Source of the DNA: Desulfatiglandales bacterium
GTDB taxonomy: Bacteria > Desulfobacterota > DSM-4660 > Desulfatiglandales > HGW-15
DNA length: 64,000 nt
Direction: 5' to 3'
NCBI GenBank assembly: GCA_963667015.2
Contig: CAXXJJ010000001.1
Coordinates: 2,624,001-2,688,000 of the forward strand
Of this stretch, positions 17,018 through 27,772 are shown piece after piece; the first letter of the stretch is position 1; each line of letters starts with the position of its first letter. The notes under the pieces are model-generated. The model saw only the letters and a program-made list of their open reading frames with translations. It had not been told where the DNA came from and did not search any database. A program made the translations under genes and the position numbers.

Positions 17018-19261
17018 TTAGAACGAATAACGCACACCTGCAGTATAAGTTCTGCCTGAAGTTGCTTCACTGCTGTAAAATTCTTCGTCTAAAATGTTAT
17101 TAATGCTGATCTGCAGAGTTGTATTTTTAATGATTTCAAAATTAAATGCTGTATTAACAACAAAAAAATCATCTTCAGAACCATACTCGCCTGTAACACT
17201 GTCCGGAGACTGGCGTTCACTTACATACTGGCTCTCAAGCAGGGCATTCCATCGATCTTCTTTGTAGGAAACCCCTGCATGCAGTATATGCTCAGGAATA
17301 TCATAATTGTCAGTCGAATTTGCTGTAAGGTTGGTGTCGGTTACTTCATCCAGTTTAACCTTGCCTTTTTGCCAGGCATAGTTTAGATATGCCTCAAATG
17401 CATCAGTAAACATGTGTCTGAGATCAAGTTCTACACCGTAACGTTTTTCAGTCCCATGATTTTCATATCTTTTATATTCTGCAGTTGTTGTTCCGGATGT
17501 GTAATGTGTTGTATAAATTATTTTGTCTTCGGTTTTAACACTGTATAGTGATATCCCTAAATTAGTTTTAGAAAATAATTTTTTTTTCATACCTATTTCA
17601 TAGGTGTCAGATACTTCCGGATCTAAATCAGGATTAGCTATGACATCTCCCATATCTCCGCCACCGTCACGATAAATCTGATATAAGGGCGGAGGATTAA
17701 AGGAATGCCCGTAAGATGCATAATAATTGGTATTAAGGCCAGCCTTATATTCTAAAGCGACCTTTGGACTCAACTCCGAATAATCTCCTTCTCCATGATC
17801 AATACTTCTTTCAAAGCTGCCGTTTTCATTTATATAACGGGAATAACCGTCATATTTTTTATAATGATCGTATCGCAGGCCAAGGTATATGTTTAAAGGA
17901 TCTAAAATTTTATATTCTTCCTGGATAAAGACTGCAAGGTTTCTTGCCTTGCCGCCGTGTTTTTCATACAGGCCGTATTCACTGTTCACCGAGCTGTGGT
18001 CTTTCCAGTTATCCAGATAAGATCTTCTCTGGTCAAATGATTCCTGCTTGGAATTAAGTCCTATTACGATAGTATGATTACCAATGTTTTCCCAGGCCTT
18101 TTGAAGGTCTAAATTATAGGTTTTGCTGGGATAAAAAGAATCTGTACCTGCTCCGGTCCAGTCAATATCTGTAGGACTGGAAGGACTGCTGTAACCATCA
18201 CGCTTAGTGTCAGTCAATCCAAGGTTGAGAACGATTTTATTTTTGTTATCTTTAAAGTTAAGGGTATGCAGGTTTGTCTCACGTTTACCTTCGTACCCTA
18301 AAAATCTGCTTGGAGAAAGGGTTACCCTGGTTCCATCCTGTGTCATGACTGTACCGCTAAATACCTGATTGCCATCTTCATCATAAACATAGCTGAAGGG
18401 ATTGTTATAGGAATAGACGTTTTCACTGGACATGAAAGAGTATTTTATTGATCTGTATTCATCAAAAATATATTTTGCGTTAAACGAATAACTTTCATTT
18501 TCCCAGTCTTTTTCACCTCGTCCGCCAACAACATAATATCCATTACTCAATTTAGGCAGAACCGCTTCATAATCAGCAGAAGTGGCGCTTCTACCGCTTA
18601 AAGAACGGTAATATCCCCTAAAGCCGTCGGAAGATCTGTTCTCATAGCCTGCGCCAATGGATATTTTATTATTAACCATCGCATCTATCTTTATTGATTT
18701 TTTCCAGGTGTCATTGCTGCCGTAAGAAACTGCGGCATCAAGGCTGACAGGTTTTTTATTATCTTTGGTAATAATGTTAATAACAGCCCCTACCGCACGT
18801 CCGCCATATAAAGAAGACGCAGCACCACGCAGAAACTCAATGCGTTCGATGCTTTCAACAGGCACTAACTCCCAGTTCATACCATTGTTGTATCCTGAAT
18901 TTATCGGCTGGCCATCTATCAGTACCAGAATATCGGTGCTGTCAAAACCGCGAACCATTATTCCACCCTGTGCAGACTGATCCATAAAAACACCGGCTGA
19001 CATCTGCAGGGCCTCGGTAACTGAATTAACGTTTTTGTCCTCAATTTCCCGGGCAGTAACCACGCTGATGCTGGCCGGAACATCCTGAATTACCTTTGTT
19101 GTTCTGGTTGCGGTTACAACTATTTCGTCAAAAGTGAATTCCTCTTCTTCTTCAGCAGATACAGCAGACCACCAACAGATGATATTGCAGCAAAGTACCG
19201 CAATTATCAAAAAACCTTTTCCAAATTCTTTTTTAAGCATAATGGTAAAAAAAACCTCCAT
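17018..19261 (-). CDS. TonB-dependent receptor 1 (B12-riboswitch controlled; BtuB-like)
   Basis: Signal peptide, TonB box DEIVVTATR, plug IERIEFLRGAASSLYG, NPDLDPE, C-terminal GVRYSF. Confidence 0.92.
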   Translation of the reverse strand: MEVFFTIMLKKEFGKGFLIIAVLCCNIICWWSAVSAEEEEEFTFDEIVVTATRTTKVIQDVPASISVVTAREIEDKNVNSVTEALQMSAGVFMDQSAQGGIMVRGFDSTDILVLIDGQPINSGYNNGMNWELVPVESIERIEFLRGAASSLYGGRAVGAVINIITKDNKKPVSLDAAVSYGSNDTWKKSIKIDAMVNNKISIGAGYENRSSDGFRGYYRSLSGRSATSADYEAVLPKLSNGYYVVGGRGEKDWENESYSFNAKYIFDEYRSIKYSFMSSENVYSYNNPFSYVYDEDGNQVFSGTVMTQDGTRVTLSPSRFLGYEGKRETNLHTLNFKDNKNKIVLNLGLTDTKRDGYSSPSSPTDIDWTGAGTDSFYPSKTYNLDLQKAWENIGNHTIVIGLNSKQESFDQRRSYLDNWKDHSSVNSEYGLYEKHGGKARNLAVFIQEEYKILDPLNIYLGLRYDHYKKYDGYSRYINENGSFERSIDHGEGDYSELSPKVALEYKAGLNTNYYASYGHSFNPPPLYQIYRDGGGDMGDVIANPDLDPEVSDTYEIGMKKKLFSKTNLGISLYSVKTEDKIIYTTHYTSGTTTAEYKRYENHGTEKRYGVELDLRHMFTDAFEAYLNYAWQKGKVKLDEVTDTNLTANSTDNYDIPEHILHAGVSYKEDRWNALLESQYVSERQSPDSVTGEYGSEDDFFVVNTAFNFEIIKNTTLQISINNILDEEFYSSEATSGRTYTAGVRYSF

Positions 19262-19270
19262 GCCCGAAAT

Positions 19271-19312
19271 AAAAAACCCCGGGCCAATTTATAAAAATAA
19301 TTGATCTAGGGA
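19271..19312 (-). terminator. Terminator, expression platform of riboswitch 2
   Basis: Minus strand CCCTAGATCAATT...AATTGGCCCGGGG followed by TTTTTT. Confidence 0.65.
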
Positions 19313-19372
19313 TCCCTGATTTTTCCGCAGAATCTTTGGCATTCTCCTGTCCCTGAGAATGGCCGGTCCAAT

Positions 19373-19530
19373 AATCAAGGCAGGTCTTCTGACTCTCGGT
19401 TCATCCTACTTGCTGTGCCTTCCCAGCTTTATAGCCAGTGGCATAATACAGCTTTCGTCACCGAATACAGCGGCGGGTCCGTTTCCGATTTGCACGGAAT
19501 TCCCTATTAAGTCCTTTGGGACACCTGATT
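19373..19530 (-). ncRNA. Cobalamin riboswitch 2
   Basis: Minus strand AGGTG..TAATAGGGAA..GTGCAAAT..CCCGCCGCTGTA..GCCACTG..GGGAAGG..GAGTCAGAAGACCTGCC. Confidence 0.95.
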
Positions 19531-19595
19531 AATATATATTTTTAAAAATCAATAAATACTTTTTTAACACCATGATAGTGAATCAGGGATAAGCC

Positions 19596-20642
19596 TTATT
19601 TGTTATTTGCCGCCTTCTCCCTTACCAGGTGAATATTATCGGTAATTTCCATCAAAGGCTGTCTTCTGACCCGGTGGGGAAGTGCAAGCTCAGCAGCGGT
19701 TCTTACATCTTCCGGTGTTACCTTATCCCTACCCTCATAGGCGGCTATGGTCCTGGCTGTTTTAAGCATGATTATATCTCCCCTGTGGCCGTCTACACCT
19801 ACTTCTATACAGTATCGCGCTATTTCATATAAAAGTTCTTTTTCGGCAATAACTTCGGAATAAATCGCCTTTGCCCTCATGATTTTTTCGGAGATCTTCT
19901 TTGACTCATCCGCCCACTTTGCAACAAATGCCTCAGGATTGTCATCAAAGGCAGCCCTTCTTTCCATGACCTGTACACGCAAATCTGTTGAGGCAATACC
20001 CTCAATATTGACACACAGGCCAAAACGGTCAAGCAGTTGGGGGCGAAGTTCTCCCTCTTCAGGGTTCATTGTGCCTACCAGTGTGAATCTTGCAGGGTGG
20101 GAAAAACTGATTCCTTCTCTTTCAATGCTGTTGACTCCCATGGCTGCAGAATCAAGGAGGACATCCACAACATGGTCATCAAGGAGATTAACCTCATCAA
20201 CATAAAGCAGGCCCCTGTGTGCCTCTGCAAGAAGGCCGGGCTCCACACGCTTTTCTCCTTTCTTTAATGCATGCTCAAGATCCATTGTCCCCACAACCCT
20301 GTCTTCAGTTGCTCCAAGGGGTAATTCCACAACCTTGACCTTGCGTGAAAGTACACTGGGAAGTTTTATTTCCTTATTTTCCATGCTGTTAAGGATTGTT
20401 GCCAGTTTAAGGTATATGTCATCTTCTTCGCCGGGAGAAAGATGAAATGGATCATTCTCAAAGACCTCAATTTCCGGTAAAATATCCGCAAGTGCCCTCA
20501 CTGCAGTTGATTTGGCAGTGCCTTTTTCTCCACGAATAAGCAGTCCTGAAAGACCTGGGTTGATAACATTGAGTATCAGTGCAAGCTTCATTTTTTCCTG
20601 GCCGACTATGGCCGCGAATGGGTAAATTTGTATTGATTTCAT
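19596..20642 (-). CDS. bchI: Chelatase AAA+ ATPase subunit, BchI/ChlI family (probable CobN partner)
   Basis: [51 protein letters not shown]. Confidence 0.9.
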   Translation of the reverse strand: MKSIQIYPFAAIVGQEKMKLALILNVINPGLSGLLIRGEKGTAKSTAVRALADILPEIEVFENDPFHLSPGEEDDIYLKLATILNSMENKEIKLPSVLSRKVKVVELPLGATEDRVVGTMDLEHALKKGEKRVEPGLLAEAHRGLLYVDEVNLLDDHVVDVLLDSAAMGVNSIEREGISFSHPARFTLVGTMNPEEGELRPQLLDRFGLCVNIEGIASTDLRVQVMERRAAFDDNPEAFVAKWADESKKISEKIMRAKAIYSEVIAEKELLYEIARYCIEVGVDGHRGDIIMLKTARTIAAYEGRDKVTPEDVRTAAELALPHRVRRQPLMEITDNIHLVREKAANNK

Positions 20643-22660
20643 TTTGTGAGTCCTTTTGTTATGTCTACAAGTGTTTTTGCCTTAAGATCATCGATTTTAA
20701 AATAGTCCGCATTAAGATGAACAGCCAGCTGCTCGGCAAGGCCGAAGGAGACAATTCCTTTTTCTTCCGTATCCACCACTATATAGCGAACACGTTCATC
20801 CATTGCCATTGCCGAAGCCAGTTTCATTGATTCGTTTACCGGCTTTTCATCGCCTATAGCTACATTGCTTTTACCGTCCGTAATCAAAATAACAATCGGT
20901 TTGGCAGAAGGGTCCTTTAATAGGACATTGCGTACCTGCTCCGTACTTTTTACAAGCCCGGCAGATAAAGGGGTTCTGCCGCCCACCGGGAGTTCGGTAA
21001 GAAGTTTCCCGGCCAGGTCAACCGATGTTGTCGGGGGAAGGTTGACTACAGCCTCATTTTTCCTGAATGAAATCATGGCGACCTTGTCCCTTTTCTGATA
21101 CGCATCAAGCAGAAGCGACATTACAGCTCCTTTGGACGCAACCATACGCCCCCTGGCCCCGATTGACCCGCTTGCATCAACCACAAAAAACAGATAATTG
21201 CCTATGCGTTTTTCACGTATTTTTCCTCGCAGATCCTGCTTTTCGAGTACAATACGCATCCCATTATTATTGCTTCTTCTTTTCTGGTATGGCGCTGCGG
21301 CCCTGAGTGTTGCATCAACTGCAATATCATTGTGTCTCGGTTCAAGGCTGCTTTTTATATAGCGTCCCTGTTTTTGAGATACCCTTGTACGTGATCTCCT
21401 GCCTGATCCCCTTCTGAAGATACGATCTTTTTTAGATGTTATCTGCCTGGTTCTGAATGTCTCCCCAATATCAAAAACCTGGTCTTCCCTCTGCATGGGT
21501 GACTGGGAAGGCTGTTCCTCTTCATGACTGTTATCAGGCTCCTGTTCCATGGTTTCAGGAGGCCTGTTATCTCTCTGCTCTTCCTCTTTTTCAGGCTGCT
21601 CCTCCTGTTCTTTCTCTTTATCAACTTCCGGGGAATCATCCCGGTCGTGATCCTGATCATTTTCATCAGGTTCAGACGGCGGGGGAGGGGGGGGAGGCTG
21701 TGCATCCCTTCTTCTGTGAAGGAGGACCATAGGTGCTACCTGCCGGATATGATCAACCGTTACCTCATCCACGCCCTGAAATGCCGCAAGTGCAATTGCT
21801 GCCTGTTCCATTACAATATCAGCACGGTGACCGGCAACATTATTTTCCGTGCAGAGCTCCGTTATAAAGCTCCTTAAATACCCCGGTATCCGAGTTACTG
21901 CGAGCCTTTCCTTTGCCTTTTCTATCTGTTTGGCAATCTTATTGTTTTCATCTGCCGCAATGGCGATGAAGCCTTTAGGGTCTGCATCAAACTCATCCCT
22001 TTTTTGCATGAGTCTGACACGATCATCGGGTTCTCTGGATGCCGCTATCTCAACACACAATCCAAAACGATCCAGTAACTGGGGTCTCAGTTCTCCTTCT
22101 TCCGGATTCATTGTCCCTACAAGTATAAAGCGTGCCGGATGCCTGAAGGAGATACCTTCTCTTTCTATAATATTTTCACCGGAGGCCGCTGAGTCCAGAA
22201 CAATATCAACCAGGTTGTCATCAAGAAGGTTGACCTCATCAATATAAAGAATACCTCGGTTGGCTGATGCAAGGAGACCCGGCTGGAGCACCCTTTTGCC
22301 GTCCCTGACCGCGATTGAAAAGTCTATTCCCCCTGAAACGCGGTCTTCTGTAGCATTTAAGGGAAGATTTACTACACGGACTTTTCGGGATGAGCTTTTT
22401 ATACTGTCTTTTGATCTCGCCATGCAGTTGTCGCAGCCGGATTCAGGGTGCCCGGGATGGCATGAATAGGCACAGTCACTGACAACCTCTATATCCGGCA
22501 ACAGGGTGGCCAGGCCCCTCACTGCTGTTGATTTTGCAGTGCCCTTTTCACCGCGAATAAGGATTCCGCCTATTGCAGGGTTTACAGCATTAAGTAAAAG
22601 ACCAAGCTTAAGGGTCTCCTGACCTATAATAGCTGAAAAAGGATATACGTTACGATGCAT
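20639..22660 (-). CDS. bchD: Chelatase subunit, BchD/ChlD family (AAA+ / Pro-acidic linker / vWA)
   Basis: BchI-like N-terminus, PPPPPPP plus acidic linker, DATLRAAAP, vWA MIDAS VVDASGS, GGRTPL, ITDGK. Confidence 0.9.
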   Translation of the reverse strand: MHRNVYPFSAIIGQETLKLGLLLNAVNPAIGGILIRGEKGTAKSTAVRGLATLLPDIEVVSDCAYSCHPGHPESGCDNCMARSKDSIKSSSRKVRVVNLPLNATEDRVSGGIDFSIAVRDGKRVLQPGLLASANRGILYIDEVNLLDDNLVDIVLDSAASGENIIEREGISFRHPARFILVGTMNPEEGELRPQLLDRFGLCVEIAASREPDDRVRLMQKRDEFDADPKGFIAIAADENNKIAKQIEKAKERLAVTRIPGYLRSFITELCTENNVAGHRADIVMEQAAIALAAFQGVDEVTVDHIRQVAPMVLLHRRRDAQPPPPPPPSEPDENDQDHDRDDSPEVDKEKEQEEQPEKEEEQRDNRPPETMEQEPDNSHEEEQPSQSPMQREDQVFDIGETFRTRQITSKKDRIFRRGSGRRSRTRVSQKQGRYIKSSLEPRHNDIAVDATLRAAAPYQKRRSNNNGMRIVLEKQDLRGKIREKRIGNYLFFVVDASGSIGARGRMVASKGAVMSLLLDAYQKRDKVAMISFRKNEAVVNLPPTTSVDLAGKLLTELPVGGRTPLSAGLVKSTEQVRNVLLKDPSAKPIVILITDGKSNVAIGDEKPVNESMKLASAMAMDERVRYIVVDTEEKGIVSFGLAEQLAVHLNADYFKIDDLKAKTLVDITKGLTK

Positions 22661-22669
22661 GTCTTGTCT

Positions 22670-25600
22670 CTACTCTGTCCATTCTTCTATTTCACCTTCC
22701 ATATCCAGGTATGCTTCCCGGAGTTTTTCCAGCATTTCTTCTTCCGCATTCCACATACCCCTGCCTGCGGCTTCCAGCAGTTTATCAAGGATATTCTGCA
22801 GTGCGTAGGGATTGACCTCTTTCATCCATTCCTGCATTTCAGAATCAAGGGCATATGATTCGGCTATTTTAACATACATCCAGTCATCAATGACTTCTGC
22901 TGTTGCATCCCATCCTAAAACAACATCCATCATATGGGAGATGTCGCCTGCTCCTTTGTACCCGTGCCGTTTCATGCCTTCAAGCCACTTGGGATTAACG
23001 AGCCTGGACCTTAATACATGTTTTGCCTCTTCAAATGTGGTGCGCATCTTTACACGGGAAGGATCGGAACTGTCACCCATCATTGCAAAGGGCAGTTTTC
23101 CTCTCACCGATTTTACTGCAACTATCATCCCGCCGTAGTAGTTGTAATAATCCGTGCAGGACATCATGTCATATTCCCTGGAATCCTCGTTTTTAACTGT
23201 TACATCCATTCGTGAAAGCTGGCGGCGATAGGCTTCGGGCTTTTGTTTGCCGTAACTGCCTTTTCCATAGGCATGTGATGAATACCGGATATAATTATTG
23301 CCAAGGTCCTCCTGTGTCTTCCAGCTCTTTGATTCCACGAGTTCGGCAACACCTGCTCCATAGGCGCCGGGCGGGCAGCCGAAGACCCTGAAGGACGCCT
23401 CCCGGAATGCATCTTCCTCATTCATGCCTTCCTTCAGATATTCATCCATATCCTTATAGATGTTTCTGCGCAGAAAATTTGATTCGGGCGGTTCATTAAG
23501 GGCAGCTACCATTCGGACTGCTTCATCGATTCTTTCTACAATGTTCGGGAATGAATCCCTGAAAAAACCGGAAATACGGGGGACAACATCCAGCCTGGGT
23601 CTTTTAAGCTCCTCCATTGGAATTACTTCAAGACCCATGACATTTCCGCTGCTCTCAGACCAGACAGGTTTAAGCCCCATAAGATAATATATCTCGGCTA
23701 TATCGTCTCCCCTTGTCCTCATTGTTGCGGTTCCGTATACAAGTATTCCGATACTTTCCGGATATCTGCCAGACTCTTCAAGATAACGTTCAAGAAGTGC
23801 CTCTCCCAGTTTAATACCCACTTCCCATGCCGCGGGGCTTGGTATCTTGTTGGGATCTACCGAATAAAAATTTCTTCCGGTGGGGAGTATGTCCGCCTGT
23901 CCCCTTGTGGGAGCACCTGAAGGGCCGGGGGGAACAAACCCTCCTGAAAAGCCGTCAAGGCTGGATTTGATTTCATCTCTGCATTTATCAATGTTGGGTA
24001 CAAGGGTATCTGCAATATATTTTAATGCCTTTTCCACATGTACAGGCTGATTCTTTATGTTTTCAACTGCAATCCGGCCTGCTTCATCCGCCTTGAAACC
24101 TGCCTCAGACAGCCTGCCTATAATGTCAAGGGCCGTATTATGTGCTTCACGAAGGATTTCTCCGCCTGTCCTGTTGTTAAAGTGTGGAAGAATTTTACCA
24201 CGGTTTGCAATCAGCTCATCATAATCATGACCCATTGATGAAACAATTGCCTCACGGAGGCTGGGGACAGAGCCATTCGGTATCCTTGTAAGCTGTGCCA
24301 GAAATTCGGTAAGCCTGTCTCCCTCAGGGGGTGTTCCAAGGATATGGAGCCCGTCATTTATCATTGTGTCCGAAAGCTCATGCAAATAAGAGTGAAGCTT
24401 TTCCAGAAAAGCATCAAAATCATTTAATGCTGTTTCTTCATCTATCTCAAGGTCCTTGTCCAGGCTGGCGGCAGCGACTGCCTCCCAGATCATGGGTTTT
24501 AATACATCAACTTTGGCCGGGTCTTCCCTTTCTGCGCTCCTGAAGTCAGTGAGCAGGTTTTCCACCTTGCCCAGGTCATCATAGAGATCTGCGTTTGTAA
24601 ATACCGGCGTAAGGTGATCAATAATACAGGCATAGGACCTGCGTTTTGCCTGGGTCCCTTCTCCCGGATCATTAATAATGTAGGGGTATATGTTGGGAAG
24701 TTCCATTATGGATAGGTCAGGATAACATTCTTTTGAAAGCCCGAGGGCCTTTCCGGGAAGCCATTCAAGGGAGCCGTGTTTTCCAACGTGCATGACTGCA
24801 TGGGCCTTGAATACGTCCCGTATCCACCTGTATTGTGCAAGGTACAGGTGGGGTGGCGACAGGTACATGTCATGGTATATCTTGTCTATATTTTCAAAGT
24901 ATCCCCTGGGAGGCTGTACCGAAATAAATATGTTTCCATTATACATCCCTGCAAAATGCATCTTCCCGTCATGGACAAAAAGATCTCCGGGCATTTCTCC
25001 CCAGTCGGCTACCATCTTATCACGGTTTTTCGTGGGAACTTCCTCATGCCATGGCAAAAAATCATCCGGGCCTGCATGGGCCTCAGCCCTTTCTGCAAGT
25101 TTCTCCGGTGTAAGCCACCTCCGGTCTGATGTAAGGCGTGAGAGTATTTCATGGGAAACCTCTGTTCCATTCTCAAAGGTTCGCTCCACTCCGTATCCTT
25201 TATCCTTCATGTTGTCGATAAGGACCTTAACGCTCTCAAAACTGTCAAGACCTGCAGCACATCCTATACGGTCATTCCTCGGCGGATAATGGTGAAATAC
25301 TATTGCGATCCTGCGCTCATTAACAGGTGTCCGGTTGAGTCTGCCCCAGTTCAGGGCCAGCCTGACTGCTTTATCAACTCTTTCCCGTATGGGCTTGTAT
25401 TTGGCGAGAAGTGCACCTGTTAATGGATCTATGGCTTCCTGTTCCCTTGTAGCTACCGGGACGGTAATAAGGGCGCCGTCAAACTCGGGCTGTGCTGCAG
25501 AGTAGGAAACATCCATTGTGGGAAGCCCCTGGATACTTTCCTTCCATTGGGCGTAAGGTGAAGAGCATGTCATTGCCTGGATAACCGGGACATTGAGCCG

Positions 25601-26440
25601 CGCCAGGAGCCCCTTGTATTCCGGTGCGGCCATACTCAGGGAAAACATGAGCGGATTAACAAGCACATCTATCCTTGGTTTTCCATTTTCCATAAAATAA
25701 TGGTCAACTACATAATCTGCTCCGTTATTACCGAGTTCCAAATCTTTATACCTGTGATGAAATACAGGTATGACATTGGCCCCCTGCTCTTCGATGGAAC
25801 GGATTATGGCATCAATAAAGGCCAGATTGTTGTTAAGCCAGTAGGTCTGGTAAAACCAGAGGCCTGCAGTAGGTTTATCCGGATCGACCTTTTCGTTTAA
25901 GTAATGTTCAATGGTTGGAATCCCCGGAAGGTCAGGGTGGTATATACCTTCAAAGGGGAGCGCAACAGGTGCCCTGCACTCTTCATGTTCCTGGAACAGG
26001 CGGTTATACAGATAGATCAGCATCTGGTGATAATTTATATGCCCGCCGTAGCTGATATAGCGATGAAAATCATCCCACACAGGTGTCCCGAAGTCACTGG
26101 AAAGATCCCTTGTGGCTTCAATAGAGTCTTCATCTCCCCTTGTGGGCTGAATATAGATATAAGGTTTTATTCTCTCAGCCGGGAAAGACTCCAGTGTTTC
26201 CATAAGCATGTCAAATGCCGGGAATGAAGGTTTGCCCCCGTGAAGGGTAATAATCAATGCATCCGATTCCATGGCGTGATTTATAAAGTCTCTTTGGCGG
26301 GCCTTGTCAAAGAGCTGTGTCTGCGTTCGAGCATGAACCGTGATTTTGCCGCCCATGACCTGATACTGACGGATACCTTCGCTCAAAGAAGGCATCTCTG
26401 TTGCTGTAGCTGAAAAATATGCCAGAGTGTAATGTTTCAT
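22670..26440 (-). CDS. cobN: Cobaltochelatase subunit CobN (cytoplasmic)
   Basis: 1256 aa; QPEFDG, YPPRNDRIG, HVGKHGSLEWLPGK, LPTGRNFY, RLDVVPRISGFFRD, NPKWLEGM; no signal peptide. Confidence 0.93.
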   Translation of the reverse strand: MKHYTLAYFSATATEMPSLSEGIRQYQVMGGKITVHARTQTQLFDKARQRDFINHAMESDALIITLHGGKPSFPAFDMLMETLESFPAERIKPYIYIQPTRGDEDSIEATRDLSSDFGTPVWDDFHRYISYGGHINYHQMLIYLYNRLFQEHEECRAPVALPFEGIYHPDLPGIPTIEHYLNEKVDPDKPTAGLWFYQTYWLNNNLAFIDAIIRSIEEQGANVIPVFHHRYKDLELGNNGADYVVDHYFMENGKPRIDVLVNPLMFSLSMAAPEYKGLLARLNVPVIQAMTCSSPYAQWKESIQGLPTMDVSYSAAQPEFDGALITVPVATREQEAIDPLTGALLAKYKPIRERVDKAVRLALNWGRLNRTPVNERRIAIVFHHYPPRNDRIGCAAGLDSFESVKVLIDNMKDKGYGVERTFENGTEVSHEILSRLTSDRRWLTPEKLAERAEAHAGPDDFLPWHEEVPTKNRDKMVADWGEMPGDLFVHDGKMHFAGMYNGNIFISVQPPRGYFENIDKIYHDMYLSPPHLYLAQYRWIRDVFKAHAVMHVGKHGSLEWLPGKALGLSKECYPDLSIMELPNIYPYIINDPGEGTQAKRRSYACIIDHLTPVFTNADLYDDLGKVENLLTDFRSAEREDPAKVDVLKPMIWEAVAAASLDKDLEIDEETALNDFDAFLEKLHSYLHELSDTMINDGLHILGTPPEGDRLTEFLAQLTRIPNGSVPSLREAIVSSMGHDYDELIANRGKILPHFNNRTGGEILREAHNTALDIIGRLSEAGFKADEAGRIAVENIKNQPVHVEKALKYIADTLVPNIDKCRDEIKSSLDGFSGGFVPPGPSGAPTRGQADILPTGRNFYSVDPNKIPSPAAWEVGIKLGEALLERYLEESGRYPESIGILVYGTATMRTRGDDIAEIYYLMGLKPVWSESSGNVMGLEVIPMEELKRPRLDVVPRISGFFRDSFPNIVERIDEAVRMVAALNEPPESNFLRRNIYKDMDEYLKEGMNEEDAFREASFRVFGCPPGAYGAGVAELVESKSWKTQEDLGNNYIRYSSHAYGKGSYGKQKPEAYRRQLSRMDVTVKNEDSREYDMMSCTDYYNYYGGMIVAVKSVRGKLPFAMMGDSSDPSRVKMRTTFEEAKHVLRSRLVNPKWLEGMKRHGYKGAGDISHMMDVVLGWDATAEVIDDWMYVKIAESYALDSEMQEWMKEVNPYALQNILDKLLEAAGRGMWNAEEEMLEKLREAYLDMEGEIEEWTE

Positions 26441-26442
26441 TA

Positions 26443-27699
26443 TTATAGGCTTTCCTGTGACTGTGTGATGGATGGAGCGCTCTCTGTATATAAGGGAATA
26501 TCTTTATCCAGTGTCTTGAGAAGATGAGATGTATCGCTCAATTTTATCAGGCCGTTATTGGAGATGTTCAACATTGATTCACGTTCCTGGCCTGCAAGGC
26601 TTAACACTTTTTTTCCTTTTTCCAGGGCTGCGGCCAGGATTTCTAGGTTTCCCCGGTTCATGTCTTTAATGGAAAATCCGCTGTCAATTACAATATGACA
26701 ATTCTCCATTTCCTTTACTGCTCTGGAAACAGTTACATCATCGATTGCCTCCATTGGATCAATTGTTGTGCAGTTAACTCCTAGTGACCTTGCAACATAG
26801 TAATCAAGATCATTTGTGTGAATGACACCTGAGCTTATGGAGTATCCACGTTTTGCCAGCAGGCGGTAAATCGGTGCACCGGTTCCCATTCCGGCTATAA
26901 CAAATGCCTTTCCATTGCTTCCGTCTCCACGCATCTCTATGCTTCCCAGTTTACGGTCAAACTCCGCATTTTTAAAGTCATAAAGATCTGTTACAGTGCT
27001 GTTGGTGAGAATAGTCTCGGGCGGACCATATGCTGATATTTTTCCGTCTTTAACAAGGGCAACGTGATCAGATACCTTTGCCGCAACATCTACATCATGA
27101 AGAGATGCAATAACTGTAATTCCCCTGCGCCGGCACTGGTCTCTGAGTATGGACATTACTTCTATTCTGTGTTTAAGATCCAGATGAACTGTCGGCTCAT
27201 CCAGCATCAGGATAAGAGGCTGCTGTGCAAGAGCCCTTGCTATTATGACCTTTTGTCTTTCACCATCGCTGAGATCAGAAAAAAAACGATTTGCCAGGTG
27301 TGCTGCATGTACCGATAAAAGGGCATTTTTGATTTCCCGTTGGTCTTCAGAAGTTAAATGGCCCAGAAAGTTTGTGTGCGGATAACGGCCAAGGGAAACA
27401 AACTCGAATACTGTAAAAAGGGGAGGGGATACTTTATCAGTCAGGACCACTGCCACTATTTTTGCAAAATCCATTGGACTGTATGAATCAAGGGGCCGTC
27501 CCATTAGATGAACATGTCCTGACAAAGGGTCGAGGTGGCGTGAAAGAGTGCGCAGGAGCGTAGTCTTCCCTGCGCCATTAGGGCCCAGGAGTGATATGAA
27601 TGCTCCTTTTTCAAGAGCAAGTTCAATATCCTTTAAAATAACCTTATCCTTATAGCCCACAGCAAGTTTCCTGCAGGTAAATACTGAATTGTCTGTCAT
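26443..27699 (-). CDS. FecE/BtuD-type ABC ATPase with C-terminal extension
   Basis: GPNGAGKTT, LSDGERQ, DEPTVHLD, SLHD. Confidence 0.9.
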   Translation of the reverse strand: MTDNSVFTCRKLAVGYKDKVILKDIELALEKGAFISLLGPNGAGKTTLLRTLSRHLDPLSGHVHLMGRPLDSYSPMDFAKIVAVVLTDKVSPPLFTVFEFVSLGRYPHTNFLGHLTSEDQREIKNALLSVHAAHLANRFFSDLSDGERQKVIIARALAQQPLILMLDEPTVHLDLKHRIEVMSILRDQCRRRGITVIASLHDVDVAAKVSDHVALVKDGKISAYGPPETILTNSTVTDLYDFKNAEFDRKLGSIEMRGDGSNGKAFVIAGMGTGAPIYRLLAKRGYSISSGVIHTNDLDYYVARSLGVNCTTIDPMEAIDDVTVSRAVKEMENCHIVIDSGFSIKDMNRGNLEILAAALEKGKKVLSLAGQERESMLNISNNGLIKLSDTSHLLKTLDKDIPLYTESAPSITQSQESL

Positions 27700-27772
27700 G
27701 TTTTAACCTGAAAAAGATAATTTTTAAAAAAAACGTTTTTCTCCGTGTTCTCTGTGGTGCATAATTATTTTT

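Noticed and set aside
21500..21700. G-run and acidic low-complexity stretch as a contingency locus
   Set aside because: Encodes the normal poly-Pro/acidic linker of BchD; the frame is intact.
19596..22660. Evidence of (bacterio)chlorophyll synthesis
   Set aside because: The BchI/BchD-like genes are coupled to cobN under a B12 riboswitch, with no other bch genes.
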